Assembly (NCBI GenBank): GCA_015059875.1
Contig: SUZQ01000004.1
Coordinates: forward strand, 13-64,012
Reading direction: 5' to 3'
DNA: 64,000 nucleotides
From: Rikenellaceae bacterium
Lineage (GTDB): Bacteria > Bacteroidota > Bacteroidia > Bacteroidales > Rikenellaceae
The notes under the pieces are model-generated. The model was not told where the DNA came from. It saw nothing but the letters and a program-made list of their open reading frames with translations, and made no database searches. The position numbers and the translations under genes were made by a program. Every line of letters starts with the position of its first letter. Position 1 is the stretch's first letter. This document shows, piece after piece, positions 1 to 10,278 of the stretch.

Positions 1-279
1 AAACTGACATATCTCACAAAAGAGGCTTGCGATGAAAAATCGCTTGCTATCGCTGAGGCTCTTGGCGTTAAACGCATTGCTTGCCGTCTTGAAAAGACTT
101 CATATAATGGCATGAAGTTGGCACACAAAAAGGGTTTTATCGTCAATTTGTGGCCAGGCAAGAATGTAGGGTCATTTGTTCGAGCATGGGCTCTTGGTGC
201 CGATATTCATTGCACTGATTTTCCTATTGCCGCAAAGAAATTTGCAGCAGAACAAACCTCTTGGCTAAAAGTAAAATAA
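1..279 (+). CDS. Glycerophosphodiester phosphodiesterase family protein, C-terminal part (cut by window edge)
   Basis: Frame 1 open to TAA at 277-279; translates IAEALGVKRIACRLEKTS...VNLWPG...RAWALGADIHCTDFP, a clear paralog of 311..1126. Confidence 0.85.
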   Translation, partial: KLTYLTKEACDEKSLAIAEALGVKRIACRLEKTSYNGMKLAHKKGFIVNLWPGKNVGSFVRAWALGADIHCTDFPIAAKKFAAEQTSWLKVK

Positions 280-310
280 TAAACAATAACTACTTAAATA
301 ATAAAAAATT

Positions 311-1126
311 ATGAAGACTATCAAAACTATTTTATTAGCAGCTCTTGTACTCTTCGGATTCGAGGCATTTGCACAGGAGAATGAGATCATCTTGCTGGCT
401 CACCGTGGCGGCTGCGGCGAGGGTATGGAGAATGTGGAGGGCACATTCCGCAAGACTCTCGATGCGGGCATCAAGGCTTACGAGATCGATGTTCGCCTTA
501 CCAAGGACGGCAAGCTCGTTTTGCAGCACGATGACAACCTCAAACGCACAGCTGGCGTTAACAAGCGCGTAGAGGATCTGACCGAGAAGGAGTTGCGTGA
601 GATCACATTGAAGGATGGCTCGAAGTTGATGTTCCTCGACGAGTTCTTGAAGTTGATGGACAAGCACCCTGGTCTTTTCATCGAGTTTGAGATGAAGTGT
701 AAGAAGTACGACGAGGAGATGCTTGCAGTCTACTGCGACAAGATTGCAAAGGCGGTATTGAAGGCAGAGCCAAAGGGTTCGACCTATGTGATGACCTCGT
801 TCGATGTTCGCGCTTTGCGTCTTATCAAGGCTAAGCATCCTGAGGCAGAGCTCGGCCTTATCACAGGCGAGGGTTGTACTCGTGAGACAGTAAAGATTGC
901 TGAGGCTTTGGGCGTTAAGCGTATCGCTGCTCGTCTTGACAAGACTTCGCGTGATGATATGAAGTATGCACACAAGAAGGGAATGAAGGTTAACCTTTGG
1001 CCAGGTCGCCACGACCACTCTCTCGTTCGCGCGTGGTCAATTGGTGCTGACATCCACTGTACAGACTACCCTTCTCGCATCTTGAAACTCGGACGCGAGA
1101 ACTACAAGTGGTTGACTATTAAATAA
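311..1126 (+). CDS. Secreted glycerophosphodiester phosphodiesterase (GDPD)
   Basis: Signal peptide; AHRG, EN, EIDVRLTKDG..VLQHD, IEFEMK motifs. Confidence 0.9.
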   Translation: MKTIKTILLAALVLFGFEAFAQENEIILLAHRGGCGEGMENVEGTFRKTLDAGIKAYEIDVRLTKDGKLVLQHDDNLKRTAGVNKRVEDLTEKELREITLKDGSKLMFLDEFLKLMDKHPGLFIEFEMKCKKYDEEMLAVYCDKIAKAVLKAEPKGSTYVMTSFDVRALRLIKAKHPEAELGLITGEGCTRETVKIAEALGVKRIAARLDKTSRDDMKYAHKKGMKVNLWPGRHDHSLVRAWSIGADIHCTDYPSRILKLGRENYKWLTIK

Positions 1127-1140
1127 GAGGAATACAGAGC

Positions 1141-1180
1141 AAAAGAAAGCCTGTTGCGACTGCAACAGGCTTTCTTTTTT
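1141..1180. terminator. Bidirectional intrinsic terminator
   Basis: AAAAGAAAGCCTGTTGC-GACT-GCAACAGGCTTTCTTTT between convergent genes. Confidence 0.9.
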
Positions 1181-1972
1181 TCACAACTTTGCAAGTATTC
1201 GTTTAATTGCGGGAATTTTCAGAACGGGCAAAAGCCCATGAGCAGGGAGCAGACGGCACGCTCCAACAGCAATCTTTGTAAATAGTCCTGGAGTAGCGGT
1301 GCGACAACCACGCTCCAATGCGCGAATACCCGCCTTTGCCAATCTCTCTGCCGACATCATAACTCCAAATGCGCGTAGCCATTTACGCTGCTTCTGATCA
1401 AGGTTATAGAGTGGCGTATCGACTGCACCCGGATAGACCGTAGTAACCGTTACACCGTGAGGGCGAAACTCGTACCACAACGACTGCGCAAAGCTCTTAA
1501 GATATGCCTTTGTAGCTGCATAGTACGACACAGTGATATAGGGAGTCCACGCAGTCATCGAGGACATTATCAGTATGCGCCCCTCTCCCCTACTGCACAT
1601 ATCCTCACCAAAGAGTCGACACAACTTCGATGGGGTTACGCAGTGAAGATTTGTGATAAACTCCGCCATCGAGGGCTTGGTATTTAGGAACATTCCGAAC
1701 TGCAAAATTCCTGCGTTACTAACGAGTGTCGTAACTTCCATTTCGCGCTCCTTGCACCACTCGTATATCTGCTCGGCAGAGTCTGCCTTCGAGAGGTCGG
1801 CATATAGCGCAATAGCCTCTACACCAAAGCGTTGTTTAAGGTCGGCTGCAACCTCCTCGTTGCGCTCTCGCTGGTTGCTTACAACGATGATATTTTCGCC
1901 TTTTGCGGCAAATTGCTCGGCATAGCAGAGCCCTATTCCCGATGATGCTCCTGTGATTAAAGTAAATTTCAT
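1181..1972 (-). CDS. SDR family oxidoreductase (HSDH-like)
   Basis: TGASSGIG, SNAG, YAATK motifs; start taken at MKFTLITG. Confidence 0.9.
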   Translation of the reverse strand: MKFTLITGASSGIGLCYAEQFAAKGENIIVVSNQRERNEEVAADLKQRFGVEAIALYADLSKADSAEQIYEWCKEREMEVTTLVSNAGILQFGMFLNTKPSMAEFITNLHCVTPSKLCRLFGEDMCSRGEGRILIMSSMTAWTPYITVSYYAATKAYLKSFAQSLWYEFRPHGVTVTTVYPGAVDTPLYNLDQKQRKWLRAFGVMMSAERLAKAGIRALERGCRTATPGLFTKIAVGACRLLPAHGLLPVLKIPAIKRILAKL

Positions 1973-2074
1973 AGCGCGAAGGTATCTATTTTTTGGCAAT
2001 TTTGGTCGCAATTCGCCAACTTTTTAATAATTTTGCGGCGAAAAAATAGCTAACGGCTAAAAGCAAAGAAGATT

Positions 2075-2443
2075 ATGATTACACGAGGACTCTCCGCAGT
2101 AGGACTTTTGATATGCTCAAACCTATTTATGACCTTGGCGTGGTATGGCCAAGTGATGTTTAAGAGCAAATTCGAGCGCATCGGCTTGGTGGCTGTGATT
2201 TTTATCAGTTGGTTGGTGGCATTTTTCGAGTACTGCTTTATGGTACCCGCAAACCGCTTGGGTAGTATGGAGTACGGCGGTCCATTCTCCATTTGGGAGT
2301 TGAAGGTTATTCAGGAGGTAGTGTCACTTACGGTCTTTGCGGTTATCGTGCAGCTGATAATGAAAAACGAAGCCCTCCGCTGGAACCATATCGCAGGTTT
2401 CGCCTGCCTTGTCTTAGCGGTGTTCTTTATATTTAAGAAATAG
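2075..2443 (+). CDS. DMT family small membrane protein (DUF486-like)
   Basis: Four hydrophobic helices; SNLFMTLAWYG, EYCFMVPANR, LKVIQE motifs. Confidence 0.85.
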   Translation: MITRGLSAVGLLICSNLFMTLAWYGQVMFKSKFERIGLVAVIFISWLVAFFEYCFMVPANRLGSMEYGGPFSIWELKVIQEVVSLTVFAVIVQLIMKNEALRWNHIAGFACLVLAVFFIFKK

Positions 2444-2469
2444 ACGAGCAACCTCGTCTATTTCTTTTT
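2435..2469 (+). terminator. Intrinsic terminator overlapping the stop codon
   Basis: AAGAAATAGACGAG-CAAC-CTCGTCTATTTCTT followed by T run. Confidence 0.85.
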
Positions 2470-2644
2470 GGCTATTAGCCATTGGCCGTTAGCCATTAGC
2501 CACTATCTTTTAGGGAATATGCGGCTCGGCATAGTGCGCAAGCGCCCTCTGCACTCTCTCCGCATCGTCAGTTCCGTTTTCCGCTCCAAGCGAAAATAGA
2601 AAAACTAAAAGTTTTCCGCTTTCAGCTTTCCGTTTTCCGTTTTT
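2469..2644. repeat. Composite intergenic repeats: (TAGCCAT)n, a ~45-bp palindromic repeat, (TTTTCCG)n
   Basis: Heptamer arrays at 2469-2501 and 2612-2644; 2519-2566 resembles the reverse complement of 45572-45612. Confidence 0.75.
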
Positions 2645-2650
2645 ATTTGC

Positions 2651-2658
2651 TATCTTTG
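2651..2658 (+). promoter_or_regulatory. Bacteroidetes sigmaA -7 box (argS)
   Basis: TATCTTTG matches TAnnTTTG, 36 nt before the ATG. Confidence 0.7.
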
Positions 2659-2694
2659 CGCCCAATAATAAGAAATAGAAAAACAGTTGATAAA

Positions 2695-4476
2695 ATGAAT
2701 ATCGAACAACACATTACAAGCGTGGTAAAGGCGGTCGTGGAGGCTCTCTATGGCGAGGTTGCCGACTCGCAGATACAGATTCAAAAGACTCGCAAGGAGT
2801 TCGAGGGCGACTATACTCTCGTAGTGTTTCCACTCGTCAAGATGGCTCGCAAAGCACCTGAAGCAGTGGCTACCGAGATTGGCGAGAAGGTTGTTGCTTC
2901 GGCTGCCGAGTTCAACGCGTTCAATGTTATCAAAGGTTTCCTTAACCTCTCGCTCGACCAGAAGTTCTGGGTAGAGCGTTTCGAGGAGGTTGCAGCCAAC
3001 GAGAACTATGGCGTAGCAGAACCAACGGGTCGTACAATAATGATTGAGTACTCCTCGCCAAACACCAACAAGCCACTCCACCTCGGACATATCCGCAACA
3101 ACCTCTTGGGTTACTCGGTGGCACAGATTTTAGCGGCTAACGGTCACAATGTAATCAAGGCTAACCTTGTGAACGACCGCGGTATTCACATCTGCAAGTC
3201 GATGGTTGCGTGGTTGCGATACGGCAATGGTGCTACACCTGAATCGACCGGCAAGAAGGGCGATCACCTCGTAGGCGACTACTATGTGGAGTTCGACAAG
3301 CACTACAAGGCTGAAATCAAAGAACTCGTTGCAGGCGGAATGAGCGAGGAGGAGGCAAAGAAGCAGGCTCCGATACTCCTCGAAGCGCAGGAGATGTTGC
3401 GCAAGTGGGAGGCAAAAGATGCCGAAGTTCGTGCGCTTTGGGAGAAGATGAACGGCTGGGTATATGATGGTTTCGATGTAACCTACAAGACTCTTGGCGT
3501 TGATTTCGATAAGGTTTACTACGAGTCGCAGACCTATATTCTCGGCAAAGGACTTGTCGAGGAGGGTTTGGCGAAGGGTATCTTCTTCCGCAAGGAGGAT
3601 GGCTCGGTATGGATTGACCTCGAAAGCGATGGACTCGACCAGAAGCTCTTGCTTCGTGGCGATGGCACATCGGTATATATGACGCAGGATCTTGGAACGG
3701 CTTTGCAGCGTTTTGAGCAGAATGCCTTGAACGGCATTATCTATGTTGTAGGTAACGAGCAGAACTACCACTTCCAAGTTCTGAAGTTGATACTCAAGAA
3801 ATTGGGCTACGAGTGGAGCGACGACATTTTCCATCTCTCGTATGGTATGGTGGAGTTACCTGAGGGCAAAATGAAGTCACGCGAGGGAACAGTTGTCGAT
3901 GCTGACGACTTGTGCGAGGCGATGATTTCGACAGCACGCGAGATGTCGCAAGAGTTGGGCAAACTCGATGGATGCAGCGAGGAGGAGGCTGCGGCAATCA
4001 GCTCTATGGTTGGTTTGGGTGCGCTCAAATACTTTATCCTTAAGGTTGATCCGAAAAAGACAATGTTGTTTGATCCTCGTGAGTCAATCGACTTCAACGG
4101 CAACACCGGCCCATTTATCCAATATACTCACGCTCGTATCTGCTCCGTTTTGCGTAAGGCTGCTGAGCAGAATATCTCGTTCGAGGGCGAGAAGATCGCT
4201 TGCGAACTGTTGTCGGAGGAGGTTGAGTTGGTGAAGATGCTATGCGACTACCCTGCTACCGTAGTAGCTGCGGGCGAGGCGTTTGCGCCTTCGATGATTG
4301 CAGCGTACACCTATGAGTTGTGTAAGGCGTTCAACGGTTACTATCACGACCACTCTATCCTTCGCGAGGAGAATGAGGCTGTGAAGACGATGCGCCTTAA
4401 GTTGGCACAGCAGGTAGCACGAGTTATCAATCGCTCGATGCGATTGTTGGGCATCGATGTACCTGAGCGAATGTAA
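2695..4476 (+). CDS. argS: Arginine--tRNA ligase
   Basis: EYSSPNTNKPLHLGH (HIGH-like), KMKSR, FNGNTGPFIQY, C-terminal PERM. Confidence 0.98.
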   Translation: MNIEQHITSVVKAVVEALYGEVADSQIQIQKTRKEFEGDYTLVVFPLVKMARKAPEAVATEIGEKVVASAAEFNAFNVIKGFLNLSLDQKFWVERFEEVAANENYGVAEPTGRTIMIEYSSPNTNKPLHLGHIRNNLLGYSVAQILAANGHNVIKANLVNDRGIHICKSMVAWLRYGNGATPESTGKKGDHLVGDYYVEFDKHYKAEIKELVAGGMSEEEAKKQAPILLEAQEMLRKWEAKDAEVRALWEKMNGWVYDGFDVTYKTLGVDFDKVYYESQTYILGKGLVEEGLAKGIFFRKEDGSVWIDLESDGLDQKLLLRGDGTSVYMTQDLGTALQRFEQNALNGIIYVVGNEQNYHFQVLKLILKKLGYEWSDDIFHLSYGMVELPEGKMKSREGTVVDADDLCEAMISTAREMSQELGKLDGCSEEEAAAISSMVGLGALKYFILKVDPKKTMLFDPRESIDFNGNTGPFIQYTHARICSVLRKAAEQNISFEGEKIACELLSEEVELVKMLCDYPATVVAAGEAFAPSMIAAYTYELCKAFNGYYHDHSILREENEAVKTMRLKLAQQVARVINRSMRLLGIDVPERM

Positions 4477-4492
4477 TTCTTTAATTGAAAAA

Positions 4493-4567
4493 GTTGACAA
4501 TTAAAGGTATTATTAATTTAATAATCAAAAGAAGCTAATGGTTAATGGCCAATAGCTAATAGCTAAG
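4493..4567 (+). repeat. Heptamer spacer ending in (GCTAATR)n before obgE
   Basis: GACAATTAAAGG...GCTAATG GTTAATG GCCAATA GCTAATA GCTAAG. Confidence 0.75.
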
Positions 4568-4572
4568 AAGAT

Positions 4573-5589
4573 ATGGCTGGTTCAAATTTTGTCGATTATG
4601 TAAAGATTTTTGCCCGTTCCGGACATGGTGGAGCAGGCTCGGCGCACTTTCGCCGTGAGAAGTTTGTCGCCTTTGGTGGTCCCGATGGTGGCGATGGCGG
4701 TAAGGGTGGCTCGATAATCTTGCAGGGCGACCAGCAATATTGGACACTTATCCACCTCAAATATCAGCGTCACCAATTTGCCGAAGATGGCGAGTGTGGC
4801 TCAGGAGCGCGTTCACACGGTAAGGATGCGAAGGATATTATTATCCCCGTACCTCTCGGCACGGTAGCCAAGCAGATTTTTACCGATGAGGAGACAGGCG
4901 AAACTCGCACCGAAGTTGTAGGCGAGGTGACGGAACACGGAGAGCAGCTTGTTCTTCTGAAAGGTGGTCGAGGAGGTCTTGGCAATTGGCACTTCCGCAC
5001 AGCAACGAATCAAGCTCCACGCTACTCACAACCGGGCGAGGAGGGCGCAGAGGGGGCATTTATCCTTGAGTTAAAGGTCCTGGCAGATGTAGGTTTGGTA
5101 GGTTTTCCAAATGCTGGCAAGAGTACTCTTTTGTCGGTTGTTTCTGCGGCAAAACCAAAGATTGCAAACTACGCATTTACCACATTAGAGCCAAATCTCG
5201 GCATTGTGGAGGTGCGTGACGGCCACTCATTCGTTATGGCTGATATTCCAGGTATTATCGAAGGTGCGCACGAGGGCAAAGGTTTGGGAACGCGATTCTT
5301 GCGCCATATTGAGCGAAACTCGATTTTGCTCTTTATGATCCCTGCCGATAGTGATGATATTCGCAAGGATTATGAGATTTTGCTTGGTGAGCTTACTCAG
5401 TACAATCCAGAATTGCTCGATAAGAATCGTATTTTGGCAATCACAAAGTGCGATATGCTTGATGACGATTTGATTGAAGAGATGAAAGCACACCTGCCTG
5501 AGGGGATCAAATCTGTGTTCATCTCCTCCGTTGCAGGTCTTAATATCGCCAAGTTGAAAGATATGTTGTGGAGTGCTTTGCACGAGTAA
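4573..5589 (+). CDS. obgE: GTPase ObgE/CgtA
   Basis: Gly-rich Obg domain; [19 protein letters not shown]. Confidence 0.98.
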   Translation: MAGSNFVDYVKIFARSGHGGAGSAHFRREKFVAFGGPDGGDGGKGGSIILQGDQQYWTLIHLKYQRHQFAEDGECGSGARSHGKDAKDIIIPVPLGTVAKQIFTDEETGETRTEVVGEVTEHGEQLVLLKGGRGGLGNWHFRTATNQAPRYSQPGEEGAEGAFILELKVLADVGLVGFPNAGKSTLLSVVSAAKPKIANYAFTTLEPNLGIVEVRDGHSFVMADIPGIIEGAHEGKGLGTRFLRHIERNSILLFMIPADSDDIRKDYEILLGELTQYNPELLDKNRILAITKCDMLDDDLIEEMKAHLPEGIKSVFISSVAGLNIAKLKDMLWSALHE

Positions 5590-8069
5590 TGCAACGAGTA
5601 CGATATATACTTCTGACGCTCTTTATTCTATATTGTAGAGGTCTATCCGCACAGGAGTATGACCTCTACGATTTTCGTTATTATAGGCTATTCTCAAGCG
5701 AGGAGGAGTTGCGAGAGGAGGAGAAGAGAGATTCGATAACGACTGTCAAATTTCTGCTTGATAAAAACTTTTCGACACGCTCGCTTGATTACAATCTCTC
5801 CGCTGTGCGTTTTGCGCGACGAGGTGTACAATCATTCAAGAGAGCAACCTCGCTAAACGGTGTAGAGTTGCCCTTTGTCAGCAATCGGACAATTCGAGCA
5901 TTGCAGCTATCAGCCAATTATATAATCGGCATATCGCGCAATAGCTTTGAGGGTGAGTTATCCTTGAAGATTGGCACATTACAAACCTCGCGCACATCCG
6001 CAGGATTCGCCTTCTCTTCTCGCAGTACACCCTACTCCATCACTCTCTCTACCTCGCAAAAGCTATCACGGGGATGGGACTTCTCTGCTGATATTGACGC
6101 AAGAACAGGGCGCGATTTACATATCGAAGGTCTATTTGGTAACTCACTAAGCATAAGTGCCATTGCAAGCAAACAATTCAATAAAAAGCATCTGTTGTCG
6201 ATGGCAATATTTGCCAAACCTTCAATGCGCAGTACTCGCCAAGCTACGACAGCAGAGGCTTTTCGACTAATTGGAAACAACCTCTACAACCCATCGTGGG
6301 GTTATCAGAATGGCAAGATACGCAATGCCCGTATTCGCAGAACATTTCTACCGACTGCATTTGTAGGTTACGAGGGGAGCATAACAAAACAGACACAACT
6401 CTCGCTCTCTGCCTCCGTAACTGCTGGTGTTGAGAAATTTAGCTCGCTCGATTGGTTTGATGCACAGACACCTCTTCCCGACAACTATCGTTATATGCCG
6501 AGTTACTTCAACGACGAGGATGATATCTTCTCGATGGTTGAGAGTGCGTGGATTTCCAACGACACAAACTATACCCAAATTAATTTCGACAACCTCATCG
6601 CCACCAATCGCTTGAATGGCGACGAAGCAGTTTACGCAATATCCGACCGCGTGCGCAGAGTTATTAATGCCGATCTCCGCGCTGAGGCGACGACAACTTT
6701 CGGCAAGCATTTGTTGTCATACGGCGTAGAGATAAAGCATCGCAACCATCGCAATTACAAACAGATACGAGATTTACTTGGTGCGAAATATATCATCGAT
6801 CTCGACTATTACTTGTTAGACGATGACACCTATGGCAATTCATTGCAGAATGATCTCAACAATCCGAATAGGCTTATCTCCGAAGGGGACAAGTATGGTT
6901 ACGACTACTCTATAAAACAGCAAGACATCTCTATCTTTGGCATATACCACTACTCTACCGAACGACTAAATATCAACCTTACTGCTAAAGTTGGATACTG
7001 CGACATATCAAGGCGAGGAGGCTATCGCAAGGAGCTATATGCCGAGAACTCTTACGGCGAATCACGCCACCTGAAATTCTCTCCGTATGCTCTACGAATC
7101 GCAGCCGAATATCTTATTGCAGAGAACCATTTCGTCAGCGGTACCCTTGCAACCGAATCGGAAAGCGTTGATGGAGAGGATCTATTTCTACAGAGTCAAT
7201 ACAACAATCGTATTATAGATTCTCCTTCAATGAGTTCAAAGTATGGTGCAGAGTTGCGCTATCTCTTTCAAAAACAGAATTTTGCCCTAAACGCCTCTCT
7301 ATTTCTATCTGCTGAGCTCAACGATACGCGAGTGCGCCATATATACGACGACCTGTCGGGCGAATATACCGATATAGTAGAGAGTGAAATCGACTATCTG
7401 CGATACGGTATTGAGCTGGAGGCGGAATATCGCTTTGCCAACCATTTCCGCGCAACAGCAGCCTTTACTGCAGCAAGATACACCTACGCCGACAATGCCC
7501 GCATAACTATCTATAGCGACGCATCAAACGCTCTTCTTGCCGACCACATAACGAGCTACACAAAAGGGCTCTCACTTGGCAATGCGCCCCAAATTGCGGT
7601 AACGGCTGGGCTTTCGTACTACAATCGCGGATGGTGGGCAGCCATAAATGCCAACTATGCAGGTCTACGCTTTGTCGAGCCATCGAAGGTTATGCGCACC
7701 GAGCGAGTTTTGGCAATGTCAACATCATCCGAGCAACGGAACACTCTCACTACGCAAGAGAAGTTGCGCGATGCATTCACAATAGATATATCTCTATCGA
7801 AGTCGTTATACATAAACCGCCTAAGCAGGCGAATTTACAGCACAAAGGCTGCGCCTCGTTTCGAGGACAAATATCCTCGCAGTAGACTTATTTTCAGAGT
7901 AGGAGTACGCAACCTGTTAGGCTCAACCAATATAATATATAATGCCTACGAATCCTCTCGTTTACAAAGATATAAGCTCGCAGGAGAGTATATATACAAT
8001 CGCCAAGCAACACGCTATCTCTACGCCTATCCGCGCACATTTTACGCCTCTGCTACATTTGCGTTTTAG
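5589..8069 (+). CDS. Outer-membrane beta-barrel, TonB-dependent receptor-like
   Basis: Signal peptide, amphipathic strands, YNPSWGYQNGKIRNAR, C-terminal PRTFYASATFAF; ATG overlaps obgE stop (TAATG). Confidence 0.75.
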   Translation: MQRVRYILLTLFILYCRGLSAQEYDLYDFRYYRLFSSEEELREEEKRDSITTVKFLLDKNFSTRSLDYNLSAVRFARRGVQSFKRATSLNGVELPFVSNRTIRALQLSANYIIGISRNSFEGELSLKIGTLQTSRTSAGFAFSSRSTPYSITLSTSQKLSRGWDFSADIDARTGRDLHIEGLFGNSLSISAIASKQFNKKHLLSMAIFAKPSMRSTRQATTAEAFRLIGNNLYNPSWGYQNGKIRNARIRRTFLPTAFVGYEGSITKQTQLSLSASVTAGVEKFSSLDWFDAQTPLPDNYRYMPSYFNDEDDIFSMVESAWISNDTNYTQINFDNLIATNRLNGDEAVYAISDRVRRVINADLRAEATTTFGKHLLSYGVEIKHRNHRNYKQIRDLLGAKYIIDLDYYLLDDDTYGNSLQNDLNNPNRLISEGDKYGYDYSIKQQDISIFGIYHYSTERLNINLTAKVGYCDISRRGGYRKELYAENSYGESRHLKFSPYALRIAAEYLIAENHFVSGTLATESESVDGEDLFLQSQYNNRIIDSPSMSSKYGAELRYLFQKQNFALNASLFLSAELNDTRVRHIYDDLSGEYTDIVESEIDYLRYGIELEAEYRFANHFRATAAFTAARYTYADNARITIYSDASNALLADHITSYTKGLSLGNAPQIAVTAGLSYYNRGWWAAINANYAGLRFVEPSKVMRTERVLAMSTSSEQRNTLTTQEKLRDAFTIDISLSKSLYINRLSRRIYSTKAAPRFEDKYPRSRLIFRVGVRNLLGSTNIIYNAYESSRLQRYKLAGEYIYNRQATRYLYAYPRTFYASATFAF

Positions 8070-8123
8070 CACAAAAAAAAGACGAACAAATTTGCCCGTC
8101 TTATAATCTTTATTGTATTGCCA

Positions 8124-9128
8124 CTATCTCAAACCAACATAGACTGGTGCTGCTACTGCTACCTTTTCAACCTCTCCATTTGGTAATCCACTCCTAGCAT
8201 TAAGAGGGTATATCTCAATCATATTGTCATCACGACACGCTACAACCAACGCCTTGCCATCCTTTGAAATAGCAAAATGGCGTGGATGACCGCCCGTAGG
8301 TAAGTAGTGCGCTTTCTTCAATTTTCCATTTTTTAGGCACTTAAATATTGCAACACCATCGGAAACCTTGCACTGATTTGCCTTTGCCGTGCTACTTACT
8401 CGCAACGAAGCGTAGAGATAACGACCATCGGGACTCAACGCTATATGCGCACCACCCTCTGGATTTTCGCTACTCAATGGATAGCGATTAAGGAGTGCAT
8501 TATCCGATGTGCGGAAAACCATCACCTCATCGCTCAACTCTGTCAGCACATACAAATATCTGCCATCGTGGCTAAAGACGCTAAATCGTGGCCCACAACC
8601 CGCTGGCACGGCGATAGTCGATAACTTCTCAGCTACTCGCCCACCCTTTACTGCATAGCAATAGACTCTATCTGTACCGAGATCAACCACCGCAAGTGTT
8701 TTGCCATCAGGAGAGAGAGCAGACGAATGAATATGAGGGCTCTTTTGTCTACGATGAGGCCCAGAGCCCTCAAAACGCAAAACACGAGAATCTCCACACA
8801 CATTACCCTTCTCGTCAAGCGGATAGAGCGAAAGAGTGCCGCTGGTATAGTCTGAAACGACCGCCTCGCGCTCCAATAATGTAATATGGCACGACTCCTT
8901 TCCCTCGGTTCTATTCTCAGTCATCGGCACTTGTAGGGAAGCCAACTCAATAACACCCTCTCGACCGTTCAGAACCTTATTATCGAAAGTGCATAGCGAT
9001 GAAGATGGTTTATGACTGCGTAGAGCGTAGATTTTATCATTGCCCTCAGCGAGGTATGTATGCCCCCAGTATGCAGTATTAGAGCCGACTAAAATTGTCA
9101 AAGCTAAGAGTTTGAGTGTAGAAATCAT
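8124..9128 (-). CDS. Lactonase family beta-propeller (6-phosphogluconolactonase-like)
   Basis: GSGPH..Q..PHIH, DLGTD, GCGPR, GGHPRHF motifs. Confidence 0.9.
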   Translation of the reverse strand: MISTLKLLALTILVGSNTAYWGHTYLAEGNDKIYALRSHKPSSSLCTFDNKVLNGREGVIELASLQVPMTENRTEGKESCHITLLEREAVVSDYTSGTLSLYPLDEKGNVCGDSRVLRFEGSGPHRRQKSPHIHSSALSPDGKTLAVVDLGTDRVYCYAVKGGRVAEKLSTIAVPAGCGPRFSVFSHDGRYLYVLTELSDEVMVFRTSDNALLNRYPLSSENPEGGAHIALSPDGRYLYASLRVSSTAKANQCKVSDGVAIFKCLKNGKLKKAHYLPTGGHPRHFAISKDGKALVVACRDDNMIEIYPLNARSGLPNGEVEKVAVAAPVYVGLR

Positions 9129-9151
9129 AGTATTTAGTCATTAAGAAAAGT

Positions 9152-9811
9152 TTACTCTTCGTATCGGAATCCGACACCTTTATATGTTGAGATGTGGTTA
9201 TCGCCAATCTTTTCGCGCAGATGGCGGATATGAACATCGAGAGTGCGCGATCCAACAACCACCCCTCGCCCCCATACAGCGTCAAAAATCTCCTCACGCG
9301 TAAAGATTCGAGGCTCGGAAAATAGCAGTTTCAATATCTCGAACTCCTTGACAGCAAGGCGCACCTCTCCGTTATCTGAAAGGAAAGAGTGACGCTCCTC
9401 TATGAGCCTTGAATTGCTGGTGGGAAGAACGATTGACTCGCTACGCTTTATGCGCTTTTCGATGGCTGCAACGCGCGAGCACAACACCTTCATGCTCACA
9501 GGCTTTGTAATATAGTCATCTGCTCCCGCCTCATAGCACCCAACAAGGCTATCCTCCTCGCAAACTGCCGAGAGAAATAGAATCATTGTCTTTGCAGTTG
9601 CAGGATTTGCCCTCAATGCCCGACAAGCCTCGCGACCATCCATCTCTGGCATCATCATATCCATAAGGATAAGATGGGGCTGAAATTCAGACGCTTTTAT
9701 CAACGCCTCACGACCATTTACTGCACACGCAACCTCATGTCCATCTTTCAACAGATTATACTGCACAAATTCGCGTATATCAACCTCATCATCAACTACA
9801 AGGATTCGCAT
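9152..9811 (-). CDS. OmpR/PhoB family response regulator
   Basis: MRILVVDDE, D-MMMP, GADDYITKP receiver; RTLDVHIRHLREK winged helix. Confidence 0.92.
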   Translation of the reverse strand: MRILVVDDEVDIREFVQYNLLKDGHEVACAVNGREALIKASEFQPHLILMDMMMPEMDGREACRALRANPATAKTMILFLSAVCEEDSLVGCYEAGADDYITKPVSMKVLCSRVAAIEKRIKRSESIVLPTSNSRLIEERHSFLSDNGEVRLAVKEFEILKLLFSEPRIFTREEIFDAVWGRGVVVGSRTLDVHIRHLREKIGDNHISTYKGVGFRYEE

Positions 9812-9895
9812 AAAGTTCAGGATTTGGGGATAAAACAGTATAAATAAGGCGCAATGGTAGCCCATCGCGCCTTATTCGGGCTTAGTTGTAGAGAA

Positions 9896-10177
9896 TTAGT
9901 CGTGCAATGCGCTCAACTTCTCAAACAACTTACCATAACCCTCTACCATCTCATTGCGGAAAGCAGCATAGTACTTGCGCACGAGTGATGAGTTCTTTGG
10001 CTCGGTTGGATTGTTTGCCTTGTGATAAAGCTCATTGCGAAGCTCTACACCCTCCTGCATGATTGCAAAAATCTCTTGCTCCTTATCCGGACGGAAATAG
10101 ATTGTCATATCACAATCAAACACCAACTCCTCAAGACGATAATCGATCTCCTTTTTCAAAAATCTCAAATTTGCCAT
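9896..10177 (-). CDS. Conserved hypothetical helical protein (93 aa)
   Basis: Clean ORF with upstream -7 box at 10212-10219. Confidence 0.75.
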   Translation of the reverse strand: MANLRFLKKEIDYRLEELVFDCDMTIYFRPDKEQEIFAIMQEGVELRNELYHKANNPTEPKNSSLVRKYYAAFRNEMVEGYGKLFEKLSALHD

Positions 10178-10278
10178 AATCTTATCTCTTTTTTATTGTA
10201 CTTTCACTGCACAAAGATAAGAAAAAATGAATAGTGTGCAAAGATTTTCGATTTTTTTCTCGTTTTTGCGGCAACTTT

